Below, piece after piece: positions 9,868 to 19,634 of a stretch of DNA of 64,000 bases. How positions within the stretch are numbered: the first letter of the stretch is position 1; every line of letters begins with the position of its first letter. This DNA is from a virus. Both the position numbers and the translations under genes were made by a program. Under the pieces are notes generated by a model. That model was not told the origin of the DNA, ran no database searches, and saw only the letters and a program-made list of their open reading frames with translations. The stretch lies in the IMG/VR virus record IMGVR_UViG_3300044844_000854, positions 32,001 through 96,000 of that record. One strand, 5' to 3'.

Positions 9868-11496
9868 ATGGGAACAATAAAAAAAACACAAAAACTACCT
9901 AACCTACCAATAGATGCTAAATCAATCTACTCTATCGACTTAATGACAGAGTATATTCCATATTTCTTAGTATATGTAAAACATACAGAAGATACAGAAT
10001 ATAGACCTATTGGTGATAAATTAATGGCAAGACTCACTGATTTAGAAATACAACTTACAGATAGGAAATCACCTCTTATAGAGATCACAATTGCACTTGA
10101 GAGTATGTTTATTTCTAGCAATGTCTTTGCTTATGACTCACAAGCACTTATAGGAACTTATTATAACTTAGACAATGCACCCAAATCAAATAAAGCTTTA
10201 CCTATTACAGATGATTTACTAAGAGATGAATTTGTTAGCTCTATTGATGGTATCACTAAATTCTTTGATTTAGGTAAAAAGGTAAAACTTGATTATGGAT
10301 ACAATGGATTTTACTCTACAATAGAGAACTATGATATTACTGACTTTAAACTACAGTTAAAGAATGGTGGTGTTGTTGCTACAATCATTGCTCAAAAATT
10401 GGGAAGAAGAAAAGACATCATATATCCTGCAATCGTATATACTAAAGGCACTGTTATAGATATTCTTAGAGATTTGGTATATCGCACAGGTATTGAACTT
10501 GATCCAAATATTATAGAAGATACACAAAAAGAACTTAAAGCATTAGAAAGTCAAATCTATGACGAAGAATTATCTTTAGATTTTCTTATCCAACAAGAAA
10601 GTGAACTTTACACTCAATACATAAATGAACTAGCTAAATCACCTATTAGTAGTAGCGATATTGAGGCTCAAATACCTACATCAAATGTAGATGATATAAA
10701 TGGTAGAGATATAGTTAAGGTAGATGCAACTGTATTTATCTTACTTTCCGATAAATTCTTAGAGATTATCCAATTAAGAAAAGATATTCTCACACAAAGA
10801 GAAACAATTGCAGAGATTAAAGCTACTGCTAAAAACACATCTGCATTCTCAGATACATTTAAACTTTATGAATATACAAGTGATGAACCATTTGTTGTAG
10901 AAAGTGCAACAATAAGAAAAACACTTTTGGATTTACTTAAAACACTAAACATTACACTAGAAGGCTCTCAGGATAAACTATCACTAACAAGAGAGAATGA
11001 CTATAAACTATCTTATGGTAAGCCTAATAGTGAAATTAAATCCATCACATTTAAAACAGAAGATTTACAAGAAAAAGCTAGATATTCAGGCAAACCTATA
11101 ATTACTAGAAATACTGTAAATCAAGGTACTGAAAAGATAAATTTAAATACATCTACAAGCCCAGCAGGTACTCAAAAGATAGATTTAAATCCATTGCCTA
11201 CTATCTCACAAAGAGGTGCTACTGCAAAAACAAGAAGTTCATATGAACAAGCTAAGATCAATCGTAATGCAAGAAATGTTTTGACTGCAAGTGTTGAAAT
11301 GCTTACAGGTTATCCTGCATTTTACCCTTTAGATAAAATTGAACTTGATTTAGGTAATTCATTTTACTCAGGTGTTTATGTTATAGATCATGTGATACAT
11401 GAATTTTCTGATAGTGGATTTAAGACAAAAATGGAATTAAACAAAGAAGCATCTAAAAAACTTAAACCTAAAGCTAAAGAAGGCACTCTTAGATAA
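9868..11496 (+). CDS. Baseplate hub protein (gp27 / P2 gpD-like)
   Basis: KVKLDYGY; C-terminal G.P....D.IEL.LG..YSG.YVI..V.H.F...GFKT; located before the spike gene. Confidence 0.75.
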   Translation: MGTIKKTQKLPNLPIDAKSIYSIDLMTEYIPYFLVYVKHTEDTEYRPIGDKLMARLTDLEIQLTDRKSPLIEITIALESMFISSNVFAYDSQALIGTYYNLDNAPKSNKALPITDDLLRDEFVSSIDGITKFFDLGKKVKLDYGYNGFYSTIENYDITDFKLQLKNGGVVATIIAQKLGRRKDIIYPAIVYTKGTVIDILRDLVYRTGIELDPNIIEDTQKELKALESQIYDEELSLDFLIQQESELYTQYINELAKSPISSSDIEAQIPTSNVDDINGRDIVKVDATVFILLSDKFLEIIQLRKDILTQRETIAEIKATAKNTSAFSDTFKLYEYTSDEPFVVESATIRKTLLDLLKTLNITLEGSQDKLSLTRENDYKLSYGKPNSEIKSITFKTEDLQEKARYSGKPIITRNTVNQGTEKINLNTSTSPAGTQKIDLNPLPTISQRGATAKTRSSYEQAKINRNARNVLTASVEMLTGYPAFYPLDKIELDLGNSFYSGVYVIDHVIHEFSDSGFKTKMELNKEASKKLKPKAKEGTLR

Positions 11497-11505
11497 GGAA
11501 TAGTC

Positions 11506-12921
11506 ATGGCAAGATTTACTAAAGGTTTAATGACCTACAAACAAGAAGAATATGAAACAAAACAATATGGTATATTTGCAGGTGTTGTTAAAGATACAAA
11601 TGATCCCCTTAAATTTGGTAGAGTAAAGGTATTTTGCCCATCTATCTATGCAGATCAACTTTCGCCCTGGTGTACACCATGCTTTCCAGGTGGTATGGGT
11701 ATGGAAAGTGGATTTGTAATTATACCAAGATTAGAAACTTATGTATGGGTAACATTTGAGGCAGGTGATGTATCTGCACCAATTTACTTAGGTGGATTTG
11801 CAGTAGAAACCCCTATAGGTAGAAATAGTGATAATTCAATTGTAGAGAATGATATTAAACACCAAGCAAATTCATCACCATTACCTACACATTCACAAGC
11901 AATCCCACAGGGTAGTGATGTATCTAGTATTCATACAACAGGTGCTACATTGCCACCTTCATTCAATTCTAGCTATGGTAGTAATATTGTATTTAAAACA
12001 CCTAGTGGCAACATGATTGAATTAGATGATACAGATGGTTATGAACGAATATCACTAAAGCATAATACAGATAGCTTAATGGAAATTAGAAATGATGGCA
12101 CAATCAATACTGTATCTACAGGTAACCAATACCAATATGTCGCAGGTGTGCTTAATCAAAAGATAGAAAAAGATAAAATTGTAGACACCAATATGTCTTT
12201 ATTTGAAACTGTTAATGGTAATGTTGTTAAGAATTACTTATCTAATTATTCACTAAATATAGGTGAAGATTTTTCACTTTCCGTTTTTTCAGGTGATGAG
12301 AATAAGGTTTGTAACTCACTTACTCATACTGTAAATGGTAGCTCTATCACATCTACATTAGGTGATCTTGAATTTTCTTCAGGCGGTAGCTTTAATCTTG
12401 CAGGTGCAAATAGCTTAAATCTATTCTCTATTGCAAATACTACAATCTTCTCTAGCAATTCACTAGATATTACAGGTTTAACTAAATCCATATCCATAAA
12501 GGGTAGCAATGGTGTTGCTGAATTAAATGCAAGTGATAGAACTAATCTTATATCCTATGGTGTAGAATGTATTGCTAATCCACAAACACTTACACAACAG
12601 GTATTTTTAGGTAATACTACTTTACCAAGTGCATCTCGTGTAGGTCCTACTACAATCCCTTTACTTAAAGAAGGTGTTGTTATGGGGACACAATTACAGA
12701 TTATGCTTACTGCTGTTATTCAAGCTATCTCTACCTATGCTAAACTACTATCTGCAGGTGGGAATGCACCAGGTCTTGGATTACCTGATCCCACACTAGC
12801 AGCAGCAAATATTGCACTTACTGTAGCACTAGATACAATTACTGCATTATACTTGACACCTATACCACCAAGTGGTAATCCTTTATTTGCTAGTGATAGT
12901 GTATTTGTATCTAAGAAATAA
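11506..12921 (+). CDS. Baseplate central spike (gp5/VgrG/gpV OB-fold)
   Basis: GVVKDTNDPLKFGRVKV, P....VWVTFEAGD...PIYLG, KTPSGNMIELDDT.G.ERI. Confidence 0.9.
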   Translation: MARFTKGLMTYKQEEYETKQYGIFAGVVKDTNDPLKFGRVKVFCPSIYADQLSPWCTPCFPGGMGMESGFVIIPRLETYVWVTFEAGDVSAPIYLGGFAVETPIGRNSDNSIVENDIKHQANSSPLPTHSQAIPQGSDVSSIHTTGATLPPSFNSSYGSNIVFKTPSGNMIELDDTDGYERISLKHNTDSLMEIRNDGTINTVSTGNQYQYVAGVLNQKIEKDKIVDTNMSLFETVNGNVVKNYLSNYSLNIGEDFSLSVFSGDENKVCNSLTHTVNGSSITSTLGDLEFSSGGSFNLAGANSLNLFSIANTTIFSSNSLDITGLTKSISIKGSNGVAELNASDRTNLISYGVECIANPQTLTQQVFLGNTTLPSASRVGPTTIPLLKEGVVMGTQLQIMLTAVIQAISTYAKLLSAGGNAPGLGLPDPTLAAANIALTVALDTITALYLTPIPPSGNPLFASDSVFVSKK

Positions 12922-12960
12922 CAATAACAATAACAATGATAAAAAACGGAATAGTAAAAA

Positions 12961-13155
12961 ATGACTAAACAAGAACTAATCGACTTACTAAACCAAGCAG
13001 ATAAAGATGCAATTGGATTTGATGTAGGTGCAGAAGGCGATAAGAAGATCAATGATAAAAACACTGCTTTAGCTGAAAACCTAATCAAATTTATGACAGA
13101 AAGCCTTGTGATAGATGTAGGTGGTATTACTTATCCTATAAAGGTGATACAATAA
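12961..13155 (+). CDS. Hypothetical small baseplate-region protein
   Basis: 64-aa ORF with a motif/RBS 11 nt upstream; follows the spike. Confidence 0.55.
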   Translation: MTKQELIDLLNQADKDAIGFDVGAEGDKKINDKNTALAENLIKFMTESLVIDVGGITYPIKVIQ

Positions 13156-13619
13156 TGAATGAGAAATTCCCCTTTACTGAATATATGGATAACCCTTTAG
13201 AATATATAAACAATTTACCTAGAAACCAATCAAATGCACTACAAGATCAAATCAAAACACTTGTAGATGAAATTGAAACTAAAAACAAACCATTTTGGGA
13301 AGAACAAGGCATTACAGAAGAGCAAGCATTACAACCAATTCTTGAAAGAACACTTGCAATGACTGAAATGATTAAAGGCACTGATAAAGGTAAGGAACTG
13401 CTAAAAAACGGAGATGTAAAAAAACAATTAAATCAAACACTCTTAGATATGAAAAATATGATAAATCTAGTAGGATATATTCAAAAGTCTAATGAAATAT
13501 CAAACCTAAAGCAAACTATGACAGGTCTTGCTAATGAGGTTGAAAGGAGTAAACATGAAATCCTACAAAGATTACCAATCCAACCAAACACCAATAGAAA
13601 AATCGGAACTACAAAATAG
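13155..13619 (+). CDS. Hypothetical helical protein
   Basis: 154-aa ORF coupled to the previous one (TAATG overlap). Confidence 0.55.
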   Translation: MNEKFPFTEYMDNPLEYINNLPRNQSNALQDQIKTLVDEIETKNKPFWEEQGITEEQALQPILERTLAMTEMIKGTDKGKELLKNGDVKKQLNQTLLDMKNMINLVGYIQKSNEISNLKQTMTGLANEVERSKHEILQRLPIQPNTNRKIGTTK

Positions 13620-15045
13620 TGTAAAAACGGAACAGATCAAAAAAGCCTTAGAAAACTCTTCTATTATTACAGGCACACCATCTGTAAACTACACAAAGGA
13701 ACAACCTTTAGGACAACAGGTATCTAATACATTATCCGACTATGCTAAAAACCAAATAGGGAAACAAATAGCAGATGGATTTACTAGTGATGTATATAAA
13801 GATAGTGCATTTAATCAAAGCTATAATGGTGTAGAAGATTTTGCCAACAATTTTGGTAATAAACTAGGAATGTCTTGGCAAAAAACCTCACCATTTGACT
13901 TCTTAGGACTTACGGATAATTTACAAGATGCAATCGACCCTGTTAAAGGTGGTATTGACACTATTAAGGGTATTATTGATCTTGTTGTAGCCGTTATTGA
14001 TTTTGTAGCTAATCTCTTAATACTTACTGCAAATCTAGTGCAAGCTATTTTGACTGCATTCATTAAACTACTAGAAGCAGTTAGAGATTTACTTGTGAAT
14101 ACTAATATGTTTGTCTTAAATGCAAGTGAAAAAGCACTTACAGATAGAAGTGTTTATAATCAACTAATGGAAAAGGCTGTTCCTAGCTTAAAAACAAATC
14201 AAGATATTATACCTGATTTACTTACAAGCAGATACTTTACACCTAGCGAAACCATAAGAAGAATTTCCCTTAGCTATGATGATGAATTTGATAAAAATAG
14301 ACCTATAGGTGTTACAGGTGGTGATATTCATTTGGTTGTTATGCCATATCTTTTAGCACCAAATATAGGTAACATTATCCAACTCTATACACAATTCTTA
14401 GCATTACTAGATAAAAAAGCATTTAAAGATATACTTGATAGAATAAATAATATGGCAAATCCCGATTATGTAAATAAATTAAAGGATAGACAATATCCCT
14501 ACTACCTTTATAAAGATGGTCAAGGTCAATCACCTAATTGGACTAAAAAAGGATTAAGTGACATTACAGGTGTAGATGCTATTGTTAATTCACTAAACAA
14601 ATTGATTGCTACACTAAAGGTTGCAAATAGTGCCGTAGAATTATTTAAACAAGCAGTACGACTATTCCAACAAAGAGTAAAACAAATTCAAGCAATTATA
14701 GATCGTATTCTTACTGCTATACAAGATTTAATTCAATTGACTACAATCCCTATAGGTGCTCTTACTATGTTTGGTACAGGTAGCATAGATACTGTTCAAC
14801 AAGCATTCTTAGACTCACTAAATCACCCTACATCACCACTACAAGAAAAAGATGATGAAGGAAATTTACTAATACAATCTCAAGCAAATGTATCTATGTT
14901 AGCTTATGTGATACACTTACAATTGGGTACAGGTAGTGCAATTGAATTTCTTAAAGCTCTATTCTCTGTTAGAGATGCAGCAGTTAATGTATATTCAGGT
15001 GCTACAAATACTTCAAACATTCAAGTTAGCTACGATAATATATAA
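13555..15045 (+). CDS. Hypothetical baseplate-region protein with long amphipathic helices
   Basis: Start moved from 13528 to ATG 13555, which has a strong RBS (GAAAGGAG); two long I/L/V-periodic helical segments. Confidence 0.6.
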   Translation: MKSYKDYQSNQTPIEKSELQNSVKTEQIKKALENSSIITGTPSVNYTKEQPLGQQVSNTLSDYAKNQIGKQIADGFTSDVYKDSAFNQSYNGVEDFANNFGNKLGMSWQKTSPFDFLGLTDNLQDAIDPVKGGIDTIKGIIDLVVAVIDFVANLLILTANLVQAILTAFIKLLEAVRDLLVNTNMFVLNASEKALTDRSVYNQLMEKAVPSLKTNQDIIPDLLTSRYFTPSETIRRISLSYDDEFDKNRPIGVTGGDIHLVVMPYLLAPNIGNIIQLYTQFLALLDKKAFKDILDRINNMANPDYVNKLKDRQYPYYLYKDGQGQSPNWTKKGLSDITGVDAIVNSLNKLIATLKVANSAVELFKQAVRLFQQRVKQIQAIIDRILTAIQDLIQLTTIPIGALTMFGTGSIDTVQQAFLDSLNHPTSPLQEKDDEGNLLIQSQANVSMLAYVIHLQLGTGSAIEFLKALFSVRDAAVNVYSGATNTSNIQVSYDNI

Positions 15046-15056
15046 GGATAAACAAA

Positions 15057-15437
15057 ATGAACATTACACAGATTAAGGGATTATCATTTCCCTTTAGATT
15101 TAATGCAAATGGTAGTACGGATACACAAACATCACTAGATAAGATTGGTGCAAATCTCAAAATGATTGCAATCACTACATTAGGTGAACGAATTTATAGA
15201 CCTACATTTGGTAATGAAATCACTAAATACCAATTTAGAAACATTGATTTACTAGATATTCCTGCAATCAAACAAGATTTAAAACTTGCATTTAATCGTT
15301 TTGAGCCTAGAGCAATCATTACAAACATTGAAATTACCAAACAAGGTAATCAAGGCACTGTATATGTAGATGTATCTTATGGTGTTACTCAAAATGGCTT
15401 ACAATTACAAGTAAGTAATATTACTTTTTCCCTTTAG
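15057..15437 (+). CDS. Baseplate wedge protein gp25/gpW-like
   Basis: GLSFPF, TTLGERIYRPTFG, RFEPR. Confidence 0.92.
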   Translation: MNITQIKGLSFPFRFNANGSTDTQTSLDKIGANLKMIAITTLGERIYRPTFGNEITKYQFRNIDLLDIPAIKQDLKLAFNRFEPRAIITNIEITKQGNQGTVYVDVSYGVTQNGLQLQVSNITFSL

Positions 15438-15486
15438 TAAATATATGATGTATAGTGAAAAAACGGAAAATAACAAAGGATAAAAC

Positions 15487-17385
15487 ATGAGAACACTAAA
15501 GACAAAATCACTAGGTAACTTACCAATACAACTAGAGCCTACATCTAAAGAATTTCTATCCATTAGACAATCTATGCTAGATACGATTGATCAAATTGCA
15601 CCTGAATGGACGGATAGATATGCAGGTGATTTAGGTATTGTGCTTGTAGAACTTATGGCATATATGGGGGATATTCTTTCATATAACATAGATAAAGCAC
15701 AAAATGAAAGCTACCTTGCTACTGCTCAAGAACGAAAAAATATCATCAAACTTTTAGAACTAATTGGCTATAATTTAAAATCAGGTAGTCCTGCACAAGT
15801 ACCTATGGCAATCATTACTACTCAAGACCTTGTTACTATCCCTAAAGGTACTATTGTAGAGAGTAATGTAGGTGGTTATAGGTTTGAGTCACTTGAAAAC
15901 ATTGTGCTACAGGAGGCTGGTGTATATTGCCAAGCTGAATATGCAAGCCAATTATCACTTGCTTTAGGTGTAGAAGTAAATGCAATTAACAATGCTATTT
16001 TCTCTAGTGGTATTACTAAAACTGCATTACTTGGTAAATCAAATGGAAAAGCTAATCAAACTTTTATCCTTAGCGATATTGGTATTGTTATTGGTAGTAA
16101 TAGCGACTTATCATTACAAATCAATGGTGCTACATGGACTGCACAAGAGTCATTTCTTGACACCGAGTCGGATAGTTTGGTTTATACTTATCGACTAAAT
16201 GATGATGATACGGTTACAATTACATTTGGTAATGATTTAAATGGGGCAATTCCTGCAATTAACCAAAATATCAACATTACTTATCGTGCAGGTGTTGGGC
16301 AAAAATACAATGCAATTGGTATAGGTGCAATTAGCAATCTAAAGAGTTCAATTCAAGGCATTGCTACAATTTACAATGTTGCACAACCAAGTGGTGGTAG
16401 TGATAGTGAGTCAAATGATAGTGCTAAAAGAAATGGACCATTATCACTTAAAGCACTTGATAGGGCAATCACACTACAAGACTTTGAAACATTAGCAATT
16501 AAAACACCAAATGCAGGTATCAAATCTGCTAGAGCTGTTGCAGGTGAAGGTGCTTATGATGTAGAAGTATATGTTGCTTGTGAAGGACAAAATCCAATCC
16601 CTAGTGGTAGGTGGTATCGTGATTTCAACACAGGCACAGGTATAGTAGGTATGGTAGGTAGGTATCTTTTTGATCGTAAGCCTATCCCTACACGATTACT
16701 TGTAGCACCTTGTAGAGCGGTACAAATTAAACTAAATGCTAAGATTGGTGCATTATCTAACTACTTAAATGCAGAAGTAAAACTAAATGTGCTAAACTCT
16801 ATTAGAACTGAATTGCTTAGATTATCTGATAGCTTTGGTAGATCATTGCCATTATCAAGGGTAATTCAAATCATTGAAAATAGTAGAGGTGTGGATTATT
16901 GTGATATTATTACACTACATAGGAAACCTGTGCTTGTATTTAAGAATGGTAGCAATCAAAATGCAATTGATTTAGCTACACTTGATTTTGACTATGCATC
17001 TATCAGTGAAACTACTGTAGAAGATACTTATTATATAGAGTGGCAATCTACATTATCCTTTTTTATCAAGTCCGAAAAAAACGGGTATATCAAAAATGAT
17101 AATACTAAGCTATTTGTAATGAATACACAGAGTAAAACATTCACAATATACACTTTACCTATAGTAGATACAGAAGATACACCTGAGAGATATAAGCAAT
17201 TTACATTTACTCTTACTTTAGGTAATTCACTACCTACACAAGATGATATTTGGGAATTAAAGGTATCTCGAAAGATTGATACAATTACACTATCACCTAA
17301 TGAGATCATTGTGCCTAGATTACTTGGTAACAATCTCTTACTTGATGAGAATGATATTAAAATCAATGTTGTTGGAGGTAAATGA
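15487..17385 (+). CDS. Baseplate J / gp6-like wedge protein
   Basis: PEWTD...DLGIVLVELMAYMGDILSYNID..QNESYLATA, FGN...GAIP, GGSD.ES, RAITLQDFE. Confidence 0.92.
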   Translation: MRTLKTKSLGNLPIQLEPTSKEFLSIRQSMLDTIDQIAPEWTDRYAGDLGIVLVELMAYMGDILSYNIDKAQNESYLATAQERKNIIKLLELIGYNLKSGSPAQVPMAIITTQDLVTIPKGTIVESNVGGYRFESLENIVLQEAGVYCQAEYASQLSLALGVEVNAINNAIFSSGITKTALLGKSNGKANQTFILSDIGIVIGSNSDLSLQINGATWTAQESFLDTESDSLVYTYRLNDDDTVTITFGNDLNGAIPAINQNINITYRAGVGQKYNAIGIGAISNLKSSIQGIATIYNVAQPSGGSDSESNDSAKRNGPLSLKALDRAITLQDFETLAIKTPNAGIKSARAVAGEGAYDVEVYVACEGQNPIPSGRWYRDFNTGTGIVGMVGRYLFDRKPIPTRLLVAPCRAVQIKLNAKIGALSNYLNAEVKLNVLNSIRTELLRLSDSFGRSLPLSRVIQIIENSRGVDYCDIITLHRKPVLVFKNGSNQNAIDLATLDFDYASISETTVEDTYYIEWQSTLSFFIKSEKNGYIKNDNTKLFVMNTQSKTFTIYTLPIVDTEDTPERYKQFTFTLTLGNSLPTQDDIWELKVSRKIDTITLSPNEIIVPRLLGNNLLLDENDIKINVVGGK

Positions 17386-18917
17386 TGAGAAAAATCTTAC
17401 AAGGTTGGCAATTCTCTAAGGTAAGAACTACTGAAATTGCAGATATTGTAGAAATAGGCAATCAAATCCCCCTACTAATCGAAGAAACTAATCTTCCTTT
17501 AGGTACAACTATTCATAGGGTAGTAGTAAGACAATCAATCATAAATGTAGGTGGTCAAATATCTTATGTACTTTCTAAAGCAATTGAAGATAGTCCACAA
17601 ATCACTACTGATTGTTTAATTGTTAAGGTTGGTATCCCTTTAGATACAGCTCAATTCACATTTACAGGTGATATTGCTATCCTATCTTCTGAAATTGAAT
17701 ACCCTAGAGCATATGATTTAAATAGATATAAGCTAGAATTTGAAGGATATGTAAATTCATACTCTACATATCGAGATGAATATATCACACAAATCATTTT
17801 ACCTAGCACAAGTGGTATTGTTAAATATATAACACTACTTTATAAGGTAAATTTGGTAGGTGTACAAAGTGATCCATTCTATATCTACTCTCAAGTAAAT
17901 TGCCTTAATAGTGGTGTTGCAAATAAACTCTACAATCCTTTAGAAAGTAAATTAGGTTTAAAGCTATTCAATCGCTTACCTGCATACCTTAAAAAAGAAG
18001 ATGAAAAAAACGGAAATGCAACAAAAAAACTACTTAATATATTAGGTAGAACACTTGATGATGTAGAAACTAAAGTAAATCAAATCAAAAATACATATGA
18101 TGTAGATAATGTAAATGCAGATAAAATACCATACATAGATAATCTTTTAGGTTGGGAAACAAATTTTGAACTAAATGAACAGATTAGAAGATTTGAAACA
18201 AAAACTGCTATAGATGTATATAAGACTAAATCAACAACTAGAAGTATTGAACTTATCCTACAAGAGATACTTGGTTGGAATGTAGAAATTCAAGAGGGCT
18301 ACCCTTATGTCTTTAGCTTAAATCAAAAACCTTATGAATTACTAGCTAAGCCTGATGATTGGAATGATACTACAGATGGTGATTGGGATCAATTGTTAGC
18401 AAACTCACCTTTATCTGTTACATATAATACAGATATGGGTATTGTTGATATAGGCTCTACATTCTCACCTATTGCAATCTTACCATCATTTTCAGATAAA
18501 AAAGATAACACAAGCAACAATTTTCAAAATCTAAATGGTGTACTTATTAAGCTATACCCACTACCTAATCGTAGGGTAAAATTAGGAAGAGATTTACTAG
18601 ATAAGCTAAATGTATTACTACCACAACTATTGGTACATTATGCAGACTATTTTATCTCTGTTCAAGATGTATTTGATGAAACTATTAGACTTGGTATTGC
18701 TGATGACTATGATGATTTCTTAGGTTATGTCAATGGTGAAACACTTGGGCTCAAATCTAAGAGTGGTACAAAAACACCATCACTTGTATTGTTTGAAACT
18801 TGGGGTGAAGATCGTGATTATGATAGCTTACTAAATGATGATTTTTATAGGCTATTCCATAATGCTATGGGTATTGCAGGTAGCAATGTGGACGGTGGTT
18901 ATACACCAAACGAATAA
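17382..18917 (+). CDS. Baseplate/tail protein I-like (P2 gpI domain) with N-terminal extension
   Basis: LFNRLPAYL..ED, IPYIDNLLGW, AIDVYKTK; follows baseplate J. Confidence 0.7.
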   Translation: MMRKILQGWQFSKVRTTEIADIVEIGNQIPLLIEETNLPLGTTIHRVVVRQSIINVGGQISYVLSKAIEDSPQITTDCLIVKVGIPLDTAQFTFTGDIAILSSEIEYPRAYDLNRYKLEFEGYVNSYSTYRDEYITQIILPSTSGIVKYITLLYKVNLVGVQSDPFYIYSQVNCLNSGVANKLYNPLESKLGLKLFNRLPAYLKKEDEKNGNATKKLLNILGRTLDDVETKVNQIKNTYDVDNVNADKIPYIDNLLGWETNFELNEQIRRFETKTAIDVYKTKSTTRSIELILQEILGWNVEIQEGYPYVFSLNQKPYELLAKPDDWNDTTDGDWDQLLANSPLSVTYNTDMGIVDIGSTFSPIAILPSFSDKKDNTSNNFQNLNGVLIKLYPLPNRRVKLGRDLLDKLNVLLPQLLVHYADYFISVQDVFDETIRLGIADDYDDFLGYVNGETLGLKSKSGTKTPSLVLFETWGEDRDYDSLLNDDFYRLFHNAMGIAGSNVDGGYTPNE

Positions 18918-19029
18918 CATTAAAATAGAATGATGAAAAAAAACGGAACATAAAAAAAAGATTATGCTATACACTACACCTTAGATATTATATAAAGAGA
19001 TACAAAGACATACACTAAAGGAATACAAT

Positions 19030-19584
19030 ATGAACAAAATTGCCTTAACAATTGTGGGTAAATACCAAGACACCTTGATTGATAAAAACGGAAATGTAAA
19101 AAAACATGAGATCAAAAACAATCAAGTACAACTAACTGCTCTAAAGCTAATATCTTCACTATTTAAAAACCAAGCAAATACAATTGGTATTCAATACATT
19201 GCTTTAGGTAGTGGAGATGCTACTTGGGATTTACTAACAAATAACAAACCTAGCCCAATGCTTAATAGCAACACTACACTTACAACAGAGATATTTAGAA
19301 AAGCTATCCCTATTACAGATATTGTATTTGTAGACCCTACGGCTGCTTTTGGTCAAGGTGCAATTTCTCAAACTGCCACTACAAGATTAAGAATTACTAC
19401 TCAAATTGAAGCTAGTGAAGCTAATGATTCTCTTAGAGAATTTGCTCTTTTTGGTGGTACTGCAACAGGTATGCAAAATAGTGGATTTATGATCAATTGG
19501 GTAGCACACCCCTTGATTGAAAAGACAGAAGATGTTGTTCTTAATCGTATGATTGAACTAGACTTTGTTCTAGTAAATAACTAA
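19030..19584 (+). CDS. Putative tail-fibre attachment / collar-like protein
   Basis: YIALGSGD, TTLTTEIFRK, EANDSLREFALFGG, F.INW..HP.IEKT: common myophage fibre-attachment domain pattern. Confidence 0.65.
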   Translation: MNKIALTIVGKYQDTLIDKNGNVKKHEIKNNQVQLTALKLISSLFKNQANTIGIQYIALGSGDATWDLLTNNKPSPMLNSNTTLTTEIFRKAIPITDIVFVDPTAAFGQGAISQTATTRLRITTQIEASEANDSLREFALFGGTATGMQNSGFMINWVAHPLIEKTEDVVLNRMIELDFVLVNN

Positions 19585-19634
19585 ACTAAACACACACTCT
19601 TAGAAAAAAACGGAAATTACAAAAAGGAAATAAT

